From NCBI GenBank assembly GCA_016786925.1, contig JAEUTU010000129.1:17792-81791 (forward strand): a DNA stretch of 64,000 bases, in the 5' to 3' direction. The notes under the pieces are model-generated. The model was not told the DNA's origin. It ran no database searches and was given only the letters and a program-made list of their open reading frames with translations. Made by a program: the position numbers and the translations under genes. Positions 38,243 to 47,950 of the stretch are shown one piece after another (the first letter of the stretch is position 1; every line of letters begins with the position of its first letter). This stretch comes from Bacteroidia bacterium. GTDB lineage: Bacteria > Bacteroidota > Bacteroidia > 2-12-FULL-35-15.

Positions 38243-40120
38243 CTATTTTAATCTATAGTCTTCATAAATCGATTGCTGATAAGCTTTCCCTAGCTGCTTT
38301 AAACTATCTGCTAATCTGGAATTTGAAGCTCTATTCACGACAAGTTCATCTAAACCATGCTGATAGCCAACTGATCCGCTATCTACCACCATACCTCCTC
38401 CGGCAAAACTGCAGAAGTACGCAAAATGTTTTGAATTAGGATTGAACATATCCTTACTCCATTTATACTGTGACGCCTCCTGTTTAAATCCCATTTGATT
38501 CAAAAGTGTAGCAGGAATATCCATTTGAGAAAACACGGCCTCAACCGTTTTTCCTCTCCATTCTTTTTTAATTACATCACCAAAAAACAAAAGAGGTATG
38601 CGATGATACTCTGCATCATAAACACTAAAATCTTTGTGAGTGGCATGACTGTGATCGGCTACAATAACAAACAAGGTGTTTTTATACCATGCTTGCTGGC
38701 TTGCTTCTTTAAAAAAGTTCCGGAAGGAATTGTCTGCATAAACGACACTATTGATATAGTCGTTCTCTTTATGCGGAACAAGCGCCTTTTTCTCTCCCTT
38801 AAAATCATATGGCATGTGAGAGCTTAACGTAAACCAGGAATATAAAAATGGCTGTTTCGCCTGATTCAAATAATTCAAATACACCTTTTGCATATCCTCA
38901 TCCTGAATACCCAACTTACCTCTTGTTAAAGATCCATCAATATCTTTTTCTTCCTTTACTACATCAAACTCTTTATTAAAAATATAACTCTTAATGTTTC
39001 CGTAGTTAAGATCGCCTCCAAAGATAAATCCACTCTCATAACCATGTTTTTTTAGATCCTGATTGATACAATTCAGTTTCATGGATTTAGAACTTTGATT
39101 AATGATACTAATTCTGGATACAGCAGGATAACCGCTTAATACAGCCGGAATTCCCTGATCGGAAACATAAGCTGGCGGATAGATCTTCGTAAATGCAATA
39201 CCTTCATTGGCAATACTATCAATAAATGGAGCAAAATCATCGCCACCAAATTTTTTAGAAACATAGGCACTCCAGCTTTCCATGATAATGAATACGATGT
39301 TCGGCCGTGTATTATCTAAAAACTGGATAGTAGAATCTTTTTCTACTTTATAAAGATCACTCACAATCTTATCTGCATCCGCTTGCGAAAAATCTTTAAA
39401 CGGATTTTCTTTAAAATGATTCTCATAATCAACAATACTAAATGCAATGTTCCATAGTGGATTTACGGCTGCGTCATTGGCAATTGGCGAAGTACAAAAA
39501 AAGGCATCGCTACTTTGAATAGGGATCTGCTGCACACCGCCACGAATGCTAAGTCCGGCAAAAACAATAATCACCACAAAATACAAAAGCCCTTTTCCTA
39601 GCTTCGCAATGAAAGTGTCTGTTTCACTCAAAACACCCTTAACAACAGCAACTTTACGGTTGTACAACTTTATAAAAACATAAGCCAACAAGATCGACAA
39701 TCCGAAAAATAATACCGTTAATCCCCAGGAAGTTGTTTTAAACACTTCGGAAGGATGCATGAAATGTTGTAATGCCTGCATGCTCAATTTTGATTTCCAT
39801 TCACGGTACAAACAAGCTTCGCCAACAGCTGCTAATACATAAATAAGAATGAATAAATAATTGATCAGATTGGCTAACCGTATAAACAGCTGCTTTTTAG
39901 TAAAATAAAAAGCTGTAAACAATAGAAGAGGTAATGAGATAAGATAACCTATCATTGAAAGATCCAATCGCAATCCTTTATATAAAGATTGGATAATCAG
40001 TCCGAATGAAACATCATCCAGCAGAGGAATGACGCATAAATAAAAGCTAAGCCGGCATGTCAAAAAGACAATAAACCAGAAAAGCACTAGGAATAAAGAC
40101 TGGCGAATGAGGATTTTCAA
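38243..40120 (-). CDS. Sulfatase-family membrane protein (LTA synthase / phosphoglycerol- or phosphoethanolamine-transferase-like)
   Basis: N-terminal roughly 5-TM domain plus extracytoplasmic alkaline-phosphatase/sulfatase-like domain. 625 aa. The track start is a TTG. Confidence 0.7.
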   Translation of the reverse strand: MKILIRQSLFLVLFWFIVFLTCRLSFYLCVIPLLDDVSFGLIIQSLYKGLRLDLSMIGYLISLPLLLFTAFYFTKKQLFIRLANLINYLFILIYVLAAVGEACLYREWKSKLSMQALQHFMHPSEVFKTTSWGLTVLFFGLSILLAYVFIKLYNRKVAVVKGVLSETDTFIAKLGKGLLYFVVIIVFAGLSIRGGVQQIPIQSSDAFFCTSPIANDAAVNPLWNIAFSIVDYENHFKENPFKDFSQADADKIVSDLYKVEKDSTIQFLDNTRPNIVFIIMESWSAYVSKKFGGDDFAPFIDSIANEGIAFTKIYPPAYVSDQGIPAVLSGYPAVSRISIINQSSKSMKLNCINQDLKKHGYESGFIFGGDLNYGNIKSYIFNKEFDVVKEEKDIDGSLTRGKLGIQDEDMQKVYLNYLNQAKQPFLYSWFTLSSHMPYDFKGEKKALVPHKENDYINSVVYADNSFRNFFKEASQQAWYKNTLFVIVADHSHATHKDFSVYDAEYHRIPLLFFGDVIKKEWRGKTVEAVFSQMDIPATLLNQMGFKQEASQYKWSKDMFNPNSKHFAYFCSFAGGGMVVDSGSVGYQHGLDELVVNRASNSRLADSLKQLGKAYQQSIYEDYRLK

Positions 40121-40201
40121 CTGTTTTTGCTCAAATAATTAAATGCGAAGTTATAAAACATTGATAAAATGATAGTAAATTAGCACAATTATTTGCTAAG
40201 C

Positions 40202-41131
40202 GTGAAAGTATACACGAACATTGAAGATTTTAAAAGTATTCCAAATCCTGTAGTTACTACCGGAACATTTGATGGCGTTCATCTGGGACACCAAAAGATC
40301 ATTTCCAGACTAAAAGAAATAGCGAAAGCAGAAAGCGGGGAAACGGTGCTCCTTACCTTCTACCCTCATCCACGAATGGTACTTTTTCCTGATGATAATG
40401 AGCTTAAAATGCTTAATACACAGCAGGAAAAGATCGATCTTTTAGAACAATACGGGATCGACCATCTGATCATTTATCCATTTACGAAAGAATTTTCCCG
40501 TTTAACATCTGTTGAGTTTGTTAGAAATATTTTGGTCAACACGATCCAAACCAAACGTCTCGTGATCGGCTACAACCACCATTTCGGACGTAACCGTGAA
40601 GGATCATTTGAACATTTAAAAGAGTATGGACCACTCTATGGATTCGATGTAGAAGAGATCCCTGCAAAAGATATTGACTCCATCGAGATCAGCTCTACGA
40701 AGATCAGAAATGCACTCTTATCAGGTGATGTTAAAACAGCAAATAATTATCTAGGGCATAATTTTAGCATTACCGGCAAAGTGGTCGGTGGTAAAAAGTT
40801 GGGACGCACCATTGGTTATCCTACTGCCAATATTGACATCAATGACAAATACAAGATCATCCCTGCGGATGGCGTCTATGCTGTAAATGTTATTCACGAT
40901 GGAAAAGTATTTGGAGGAATGCTAAACATTGGAAACAATCCAACTGTTGAAGGAAAAGGTAGAAGCATTGAGGTAAATATTTTCAACTTCGACAAAGAAA
41001 TTTATGGTGTTGACGCAACTATTATTTTTATTGAGCGTCTGAGAGATGAAGTGAAGTTCAATGGACTGGAACAATTAAAGGAACAGTTATCAAAAGACAA
41101 AGAAAACGCGATTCAAGCATTGTCTAAATGA
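40202..41131 (+). CDS. ribF: Bifunctional riboflavin kinase / FAD synthetase
   Basis: TTGTFDGVHLGHQ (FAD synthetase HxGH). Riboflavin-kinase C-terminus GRTIGYPTANI. The likely start is a GTG at 40202 (MKVYTNIEDF); the longest ORF starts at a TTG (40193). Confidence 0.9.
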   Translation: MKVYTNIEDFKSIPNPVVTTGTFDGVHLGHQKIISRLKEIAKAESGETVLLTFYPHPRMVLFPDDNELKMLNTQQEKIDLLEQYGIDHLIIYPFTKEFSRLTSVEFVRNILVNTIQTKRLVIGYNHHFGRNREGSFEHLKEYGPLYGFDVEEIPAKDIDSIEISSTKIRNALLSGDVKTANNYLGHNFSITGKVVGGKKLGRTIGYPTANIDINDKYKIIPADGVYAVNVIHDGKVFGGMLNIGNNPTVEGKGRSIEVNIFNFDKEIYGVDATIIFIERLRDEVKFNGLEQLKEQLSKDKENAIQALSK

Positions 41132-41739
41132 AAACAGCATTTAAAATAGCATTTTTATTACTGATACTTTCAGTCAACAAATCGTTAATGGCTCAAACGC
41201 CACTTTACGATTCATTGACCCTTGACACCATGCAAGCCTTTACCAGTTTGGAAGAAGCCTTGAAGAATCCGGAAAAGGTTATCAAATTGGAACTAAGAAA
41301 AAAGAAACTAAAAGTATTCCCTGCCGAGATCCTAAAATTTAAAAACCTTCAATATCTGGATCTAAGCAAAAATGATATTAAAGAAATACCTGCTGAAATT
41401 GTTGAACTTAAAAACCTACAATACTTCTCTATCTCCAAAAACAGTCTGGAAGCATTGCCTATCCAAATAGGAGAATTAGAAAACCTCTATTATTTGAATG
41501 CCAACCAAAACGAACTAGCTGTTATTCCTTACCAGATCGGCAAGTTGTCAAAACTAAAGTATCTCGATCTATGGAGTAATAATATTGAGAACTTTCCGAA
41601 TGAGCTAAAAGACCTGAAAAACTTAAAAGTGCTCGACCTGAGAGTGATCCTCATTCCTGACGCTGAACAAAACAGGATCCAAGCACTGTTACCAAAAACG
41701 AAAGTGCACTTTTCACCTTACTGCAAATGTCAGCAATAA
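41128..41739 (+). CDS. Leucine-rich-repeat protein (secreted)
   Basis: Signal peptide. Six to seven LxxLxLxxNxL repeats (LQYLDLSKNDIKEIP, LQYFSISKNSLEALP, ...). ATGA overlap with the ribF stop. Confidence 0.75.
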   Translation: MKTAFKIAFLLLILSVNKSLMAQTPLYDSLTLDTMQAFTSLEEALKNPEKVIKLELRKKKLKVFPAEILKFKNLQYLDLSKNDIKEIPAEIVELKNLQYFSISKNSLEALPIQIGELENLYYLNANQNELAVIPYQIGKLSKLKYLDLWSNNIENFPNELKDLKNLKVLDLRVILIPDAEQNRIQALLPKTKVHFSPYCKCQQ

Positions 41740-42339
41740 ATGAGAAAAAAGATCCTGCTTTCATTTAGCATCATCATTCTAATTGCAACAATCATCTACT
41801 TTTTCTTTCTCAGAGAACGCTATCCTCTGCATGCTATTACACATTCATTCACTGTAGGTGATTCCATCGACTCCTACAATGGAATAGTGGTATATAACAA
41901 TGGAACGCTTTATGGAAAAAGTCATGGAAAACATTACAACAAAGACTCCAGCTTTTATTACGGCAAAAAATGGCAATGTGTTGAATACATCAAACGATAT
42001 TATCATGATCACTTACAACACACAATGCCCAATGGATTTGGTCACGCAAAAGATTTTTTCAAAAAAGATCTGAAACAAGGCCAATTGAATAAAGAACGTG
42101 ATCTGCTGCAATTCTCGAATGGAGGAAACGTCCCTCCTCAAACAAATGACATTCTTGTATTTGATGGCGAATATGGCCATGTAGCGATTGTTACGAGAGT
42201 TAACAACGAAGAAATAGAGATCATTCAGCAAAACATCTATATGACTCCGCGTGAACATTATAAGATCGTAAAAAAAGGGAACAATTATTTTGTGGGAGAA
42301 AGAAGAAAACCGCTAGGTTGGTTACGATTGTCCCGCTGA
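41740..42339 (+). CDS. Membrane-anchored CHAP-domain protein (putative peptidoglycan amidase/peptidase)
   Basis: N-terminal TM helix. Candidate catalytic Cys in WQCVEYIKRYY and His in GHVAIVT, as in the CHAP domain. The start directly abuts the LRR gene's stop. Confidence 0.6.
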   Translation: MRKKILLSFSIIILIATIIYFFFLRERYPLHAITHSFTVGDSIDSYNGIVVYNNGTLYGKSHGKHYNKDSSFYYGKKWQCVEYIKRYYHDHLQHTMPNGFGHAKDFFKKDLKQGQLNKERDLLQFSNGGNVPPQTNDILVFDGEYGHVAIVTRVNNEEIEIIQQNIYMTPREHYKIVKKGNNYFVGERRKPLGWLRLSR

Positions 42340-43242
42340 CACTTCCCATACCATGATCGAGCGATCATCTCCTGTTGATATCAAAAATTCAGGATTTTTG
42401 GTCCATAAGAGTTTATTCACGGAGTTCACATGTCCATCTTGCTTCTCCTTATTCACCCGCAACAACAGCCCAAACGTTTGTGAATCCCATATTTTCAATG
42501 TTTTATCTCTACTGGCAGTTGCAAATAATTTTCCATCTGGAGCATACACGATATCATAAATTGCAAAATTATGAGCGGGGATAGATTGCAATAAACTGTA
42601 ATTGCCCTTCACATCCCAAACATTCAAATGAGCATCCCGCCCACCCGACAATAAAAAACGCCCATCAGGAGAAAACCGAACACAATTAGCAGCCATTTTG
42701 TGTGCTTCAAATTCTACCTTTTGTTCCATTGACACCAGATCAAATATTCGTATAAAACCATCGCTGTTAGCAATAGCGATACTATTATCAACGTTATTAA
42801 TAGTTATTCCCCGAACCTTTGCTGCTGCGATCTTTTTGATCTTTAACAAAGAAAAACTTTCTAAAGAACAAACTGCAAAATTACCATCACCGGCAACGGA
42901 ATAAAATAAACCGCTTTCAAAATGGTAATGAATATTATAGACCGCTTCGGTATGATGTTGTAATATTTTTATTTCTTCTTTTTTAGAAAGATCGATCACA
43001 TGAATACTTCCTGCAGCAGTTCCTATCAGTAAAATATTTTTTTCTTTTACAAAACAAATGGTGTAGATGATAGAAGGTAATTGAGCAGCAAATTTTTCTG
43101 CCTGCATCGTTTCTAAATTCCATTGTGCAATGAATTTGTCTCCACTACCCGAATAAAAAAGATGCGGCTCCACACTTTGCTCAAGAGCATATACAGCAGC
43201 ACTATGCCCGGCAAACGTATGTCTCTTTTCAACCTTGATCAT
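42322..43242 (-). CDS. WD40-repeat beta-propeller protein
   Basis: Seven WD-like repeats (GHSAAVYAL, ...WD, LKIWD, IMVWE). 306 aa. TAATG overlap with the upstream lolE-like gene. Confidence 0.75.
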   Translation of the reverse strand: MIKVEKRHTFAGHSAAVYALEQSVEPHLFYSGSGDKFIAQWNLETMQAEKFAAQLPSIIYTICFVKEKNILLIGTAAGSIHVIDLSKKEEIKILQHHTEAVYNIHYHFESGLFYSVAGDGNFAVCSLESFSLLKIKKIAAAKVRGITINNVDNSIAIANSDGFIRIFDLVSMEQKVEFEAHKMAANCVRFSPDGRFLLSGGRDAHLNVWDVKGNYSLLQSIPAHNFAIYDIVYAPDGKLFATASRDKTLKIWDSQTFGLLLRVNKEKQDGHVNSVNKLLWTKNPEFLISTGDDRSIMVWEVSAGQS

Positions 43243-44492
43243 TAACTGTAACGAATTGCTTTTACCGGAGTAATTTTAGAAACAATAAAGCTAGGAACGA
43301 TCAACATGAATATACAACATATCAATGTTCCTATATTTAAAAGGAAAATGGATAAAATGTCTAGGTTAATTGGGATCTGAGAAATATAATAGGTTTTGGC
43401 ATCCAATGTAAAAACACCTGTATAATACTGAAAAAGGGCAATTCCAACTCCCAACACATTTCCCCACAACAAACCTTTACCGATCAAATAGGCAGCATTG
43501 TACAAAAATATTTTTTGAATAGCTCCATTTCCTGCTCCCATTGCTTTTAATATTCCGATCATATTTGTTCTTTCCAAAATAAGGATCAACAAGGCCGAAA
43601 CCATATTGATACCGGCAACAATTACCATCAGCACTAATATGATCCAGGCATTGATATCCATCAGATCCAGCCATGAAAAGATCGTTGGATTGGTCTCTTT
43701 CACTGTTTGAGCAACCAAACCTTGGCCGATCATTACATTTACTTCTTCTCCCAAAGCTTCTAACTGTGAATAATCATGGATGGTGATCTCAAATCCTGCG
43801 ATCTGATCTTTTTCCCAATAATTTAACTTCTGCACCTGACCAATATCAACTAGCACCAGCTTCTGATCAATTTCCTCAAATCCGGTCTCATATATTCCTG
43901 ACACATAAAAAACTTTCGCCCTTTGTTCACAATGTGTGTATGTACTATCTGTCTTTTTTGTCAAAAAGTACATCACCATTTTTTCGTTCAACTTCAAGCC
44001 CAATCGATCAGCCAATGAGCGGGAAACAACCACGCTTCTCGAAAGTCCGGTATCACTAACACTAAAAATAGTTCCTTCTTTGATATTCGATTGAATGAAC
44101 GACCAATCATAATCCTTCCCGATCCCTTTTATCAAAACACCTTCATTATCATCTTTGGTTTTCACTACTCCACTTTTCAAAGCATATTCCTGAATATGCT
44201 CAATACCGGGATTCTCTTTTAAAGCATCTAAAAAACTTTGCTGATTACTGATGGGCAATGGTTCATCACTTACATTATTGTCATAATTCGTTATGCGAAT
44301 ATGTGCATCAAAGCCTATTAACTTATTCCTTACCTCTTTTTGAAAACCTGTAACCACTGCCACAGAAAGTATCATAACAGCCATTCCCAATGCAATTCCC
44401 AACACCGAAATTTTAACAATTGGGCGCGATAATTGATTGGCACCTTCCGTACCTCGAATGATTCGTTTAGCAATAAAGCGTTCTATATTCAA
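43242..44492 (-). CDS. FtsX/MacB-family ABC permease, LolC/LolE-like (lipoprotein-releasing system)
   Basis: N-terminal TM, large periplasmic loop and three C-terminal TM helices with the FtsX motif. 416 aa. The track start is a TTG. Confidence 0.75.
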   Translation of the reverse strand: MNIERFIAKRIIRGTEGANQLSRPIVKISVLGIALGMAVMILSVAVVTGFQKEVRNKLIGFDAHIRITNYDNNVSDEPLPISNQQSFLDALKENPGIEHIQEYALKSGVVKTKDDNEGVLIKGIGKDYDWSFIQSNIKEGTIFSVSDTGLSRSVVVSRSLADRLGLKLNEKMVMYFLTKKTDSTYTHCEQRAKVFYVSGIYETGFEEIDQKLVLVDIGQVQKLNYWEKDQIAGFEITIHDYSQLEALGEEVNVMIGQGLVAQTVKETNPTIFSWLDLMDINAWIILVLMVIVAGINMVSALLILILERTNMIGILKAMGAGNGAIQKIFLYNAAYLIGKGLLWGNVLGVGIALFQYYTGVFTLDAKTYYISQIPINLDILSIFLLNIGTLICCIFMLIVPSFIVSKITPVKAIRYS

Positions 44493-44552
44493 AATTTAGT
44501 AGCTTTGGTGTTGAATTGAATTATTCACAAAAATACTATTTTAGAACGTAAG

Positions 44553-45764
44553 ATGGCTATTAATAAACTATCATATCTCCTGATCATACTTTTTATCAAT
44601 ACACAGCTATTTGGACAAGGTATCATTCAAATTGACAATACCGTAAAAACAAGTAATGATATAAAAGTAGGTGCCGATAGAACCAGCGAGTATTTGCCTC
44701 TGTTAAAAGGCAAATCAGTTGCAATTGTAGCCAATCAATCCTCTACAATTAAAAAGACACACCTTGTCGATAGCTTACTAGCTTTGGGTGTTAACATCAA
44801 AAAAGTATTCTGTCCGGAACATGGTTTCAGAGGATTGGTGGATGCAGGAGAAAAAGTGAATTCTGAAAAAGACAAAAAAACAGGACTGAATATTATTTCC
44901 TTGTATGGTAAAAATAAAAAACCTTCCGCTGATCAATTAAAAGATGTGGATGTGGTCATTTTCGATATTCAGGATGTTGGCGTTCGTTTCTATACGTACA
45001 TCTCTACTTTACATTATGTAATGGAAGCCTGCGCTGAAAATAAAAAAACAGTGATCGTGCTGGATCGTCCAAATCCAAATGGATATTACATTGATGGGCC
45101 TGTTCTGGAGGATCAGTATCGTTCCTTCTTGGGAATGCACAATGTACCTTTGGTCTACGGAATGACCATTGGAGAATATGCTCAAATGATCAACGGAGAA
45201 AACTGGTTAAAGAATGCCGTTAAATGTGATCTTAAAGTGATCAAATTGGAAAACTATGAACATTCCGACCTATATGAACTCCCAATTAAGCCATCACCCA
45301 ATCTTCCAAATATGGCATCAGTTTATCTTTATCCAAGTTTAGGTTTATTTGAAGGCACTGTTGTTTCTGTTGGCAGAGGAACCGACTTTCCCTTTCAAGT
45401 GATCGGACATCCCACTTTGGAAAAAAGCAATTATACATTTACTCCTCAACCCAAACCCGGAGCGATGGAACCCAAATACAAAGGACAAATATGCAAAGGA
45501 TTTAACTTATCCGATTTTGGTGCCGAGTATATTAAAAATTCTAAAAAGATCTACTTGTATTGGCTAATGGGCACTTATCAAAATACACCAGATAAAGCCA
45601 CTTTTTTTGATCAAAACTTTAATTACCATGCAGGAAATGCAAGTCTGCAACATCAGATCAAAGAAGGAAAAACTGAAGAACAAATAAGGGCAACATGGAC
45701 AGAAGGCATCAAAAAATTTAAGATGATGCGTAAAAAATATCTCTTGTACAAAGATTTTGAATAA
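44553..45764 (+). CDS. DUF1343-family protein (NamZ-like exo-beta-N-acetylmuramidase family)
   Basis: Signal peptide. FDIQDVGVRFYTYISTLHYVMEACAENKKTVIVLDRPNPNG is characteristic of DUF1343. Confidence 0.7.
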   Translation: MAINKLSYLLIILFINTQLFGQGIIQIDNTVKTSNDIKVGADRTSEYLPLLKGKSVAIVANQSSTIKKTHLVDSLLALGVNIKKVFCPEHGFRGLVDAGEKVNSEKDKKTGLNIISLYGKNKKPSADQLKDVDVVIFDIQDVGVRFYTYISTLHYVMEACAENKKTVIVLDRPNPNGYYIDGPVLEDQYRSFLGMHNVPLVYGMTIGEYAQMINGENWLKNAVKCDLKVIKLENYEHSDLYELPIKPSPNLPNMASVYLYPSLGLFEGTVVSVGRGTDFPFQVIGHPTLEKSNYTFTPQPKPGAMEPKYKGQICKGFNLSDFGAEYIKNSKKIYLYWLMGTYQNTPDKATFFDQNFNYHAGNASLQHQIKEGKTEEQIRATWTEGIKKFKMMRKKYLLYKDFE

Positions 45765-45799
45765 TTTATCTGTAAATTAGATGCATAAATACATTTGAA

Positions 45800-46630
45800 A
45801 TGTGTAAAAGGAATATTTTAAGCATCTTATTTTTTTTTCAATTCTACCCTTTTGCAATAGCACAAAATTCATGCTTAACTGTAAATACAACAGTTTCATC
45901 CTTGTATTTTGACATTATCCCTGATACAACGATTTCCTCATGCTGTTATAATCCTCCTGCGAAATTTCATTTAGATCTTAATAATGATGGACAAAACGAC
46001 TTTATTTTAACCTGCTACTACAGATATTACACCATGGGATCGTATGGTTATTCTTACATAGAGGGTGAAAATCAAAATATGATTTCTGTAAATCCATCAA
46101 ACAATTTAATAGCCGACACATTGAATTCCATTGATTCTATTTGTACAAATAGTATTTGGAAACAAAAAGGATTTTTCACTAATTACAGTTCCTTTTTTGG
46201 CGATTCGATTAATTCTTTTTCAAATATGGAATGGAACAACCTGCATGATAAATATGTAGGTCTAAAATTAAGAAAATACAATCAAGAATTTTTAGGTTGG
46301 GTTAAAATTACTGCTAATGATACATGCGCTAATACCCTTAAAATCGAAAGCTATGGGATTAGTCATTTTTTCACTCAAATTCCTCCTGAAAACCCGCAAG
46401 TAATTGTATTTCCTAATCCAACCGAAAATTTTATAAGTATTAATCTTCCAAATGAAACAATTCAAGAACTTGAACTTTTCAACTCTTTAGGCGAAAAAAC
46501 AATTAATAAAATTGAAAATTTAAGTTATCTCGACTTAAGAAATTATCCAAATGGCTTTTATACACTTGTTATTAAAACAAATGAAAGAACATTAACAGAG
46601 AAAATCATAAAAATACAATATCCTAACTAA
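45800..46630 (+). CDS. T9SS type-A C-terminal sorting-domain protein (secreted, unknown function)
   Basis: Signal peptide. C-terminal roughly 80 aa VFPNPTENFISINLP...GFYTLVIKTNERTLTEKIIKIQ resembles the Por_Secre_tail. Confidence 0.65.
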   Translation: MCKRNILSILFFFQFYPFAIAQNSCLTVNTTVSSLYFDIIPDTTISSCCYNPPAKFHLDLNNDGQNDFILTCYYRYYTMGSYGYSYIEGENQNMISVNPSNNLIADTLNSIDSICTNSIWKQKGFFTNYSSFFGDSINSFSNMEWNNLHDKYVGLKLRKYNQEFLGWVKITANDTCANTLKIESYGISHFFTQIPPENPQVIVFPNPTENFISINLPNETIQELELFNSLGEKTINKIENLSYLDLRNYPNGFYTLVIKTNERTLTEKIIKIQYPN

Positions 46631-47847
46631 TGTTTCTTACAAACAAATTATTACTGTTTCTATTTCTATTACAATTTCCTTTTTTTTCTCAATCACAGGA
46701 ACTTAAACGAGTGAAACGTTTTGGAAAAAACAAAGGCCATCTCAAAATGTTTTACTACGAGCCGGCCAACATTGACAAAACTAAAGCACAACCTATGGTA
46801 GTTGTTTTACATGGCTGTCTGCAATGCGCTTCCTCTGTTGCAGCACAAACAGGTTGGAATAAACTTGCTGACGAACAAGGCTTTTATGTTTTATACCCCC
46901 AACAACGTTTCTTTAATAATCCTGAAAAATGTTTTAAGTGGTATAAACGAAAACATACCAATAAGAACAGAGGAGAAAATTATTCCATTAAAAAAATGGT
47001 AGATTATATGCAAAGCCATAACAGGATCGATTCATCAAAAGTATTTATTACAGGTCTTTCTGCCGGTGCAGCCATGAGTGTGATCATGATGGCCGACTAC
47101 CCGGAGACCTTTAATGCAGGTGCTATTTTTGCCGGTGGAGCCTACAAATCGGGGAATGGGTATGTAAGTGCAATGATGGCATTACTGGGATGGAGAGTAA
47201 AATCAGCAGAAAAATGGGGTAACATTGTTCGCAAACAAAACCCCGGATTTAATGGCAACTATCCACGTATGATCATTTATCAGGGCAACAGCGACTGGGT
47301 AGTAAACAAGCGAAATGGAACCGAGCTATTAAAACAATGGAGCAATTTGCATCACATCGGCACTCAGCCAACAGAAACGATCAACCAATATGTGAATGTA
47401 AAAGACATACAACGAAATTCATATGCAACGAACAATCATAAAGAAGCGATCGTTTTTTATAGGGTCAATAAACTTTCTCATGCCTTGCTGGTTGATCCGG
47501 GAAAATGTAAATATCAGGGAGGCAAAAGAGGTTTCTTTTCTAAAGATAAGAACTACAACTCCACACTATTTACGGCTTATGATTTTGGATTGATCAAACG
47601 TCCTTCCATTAATGGTCCGCAAACATTAAAAAGAGAAGAAAAAAATGTTCAGTTTACTGTTGCACCAGAAAATACTACATCCACCCTTCTCTGGTCGTTT
47701 CCGAGCGATTGTAAAGTGATCAAAAATGACAATAGCAACACCTTGATATTGGATTGGGGAAATAATCCAGGCAACATTAATGTTTCGGAGCTTGACTCGC
47801 AAAATTGTATCAAGCAATACCACACACTTTCAGTCCGGGTAGAGTAA
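46630..47847 (+). CDS. PHB-depolymerase-family esterase (secreted)
   Basis: LHGCLQCASS...YPQQ and GLSAGAAMS (GxSxG) match the esterase/PHB depolymerase family. Signal peptide. TAATG overlap with the upstream gene. Confidence 0.7.
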   Translation: MFLTNKLLLFLFLLQFPFFSQSQELKRVKRFGKNKGHLKMFYYEPANIDKTKAQPMVVVLHGCLQCASSVAAQTGWNKLADEQGFYVLYPQQRFFNNPEKCFKWYKRKHTNKNRGENYSIKKMVDYMQSHNRIDSSKVFITGLSAGAAMSVIMMADYPETFNAGAIFAGGAYKSGNGYVSAMMALLGWRVKSAEKWGNIVRKQNPGFNGNYPRMIIYQGNSDWVVNKRNGTELLKQWSNLHHIGTQPTETINQYVNVKDIQRNSYATNNHKEAIVFYRVNKLSHALLVDPGKCKYQGGKRGFFSKDKNYNSTLFTAYDFGLIKRPSINGPQTLKREEKNVQFTVAPENTTSTLLWSFPSDCKVIKNDNSNTLILDWGNNPGNINVSELDSQNCIKQYHTLSVRVE

Positions 47848-47950
47848 ACAACGCTATTAACAATCCTTCGTTCGTAAAATCTGAATCCACTACTCTTTTT
47901 TTAGCTTTTTTAGGACTTACTTCGTAATTACTAAACTTAAACTAAAAGCA

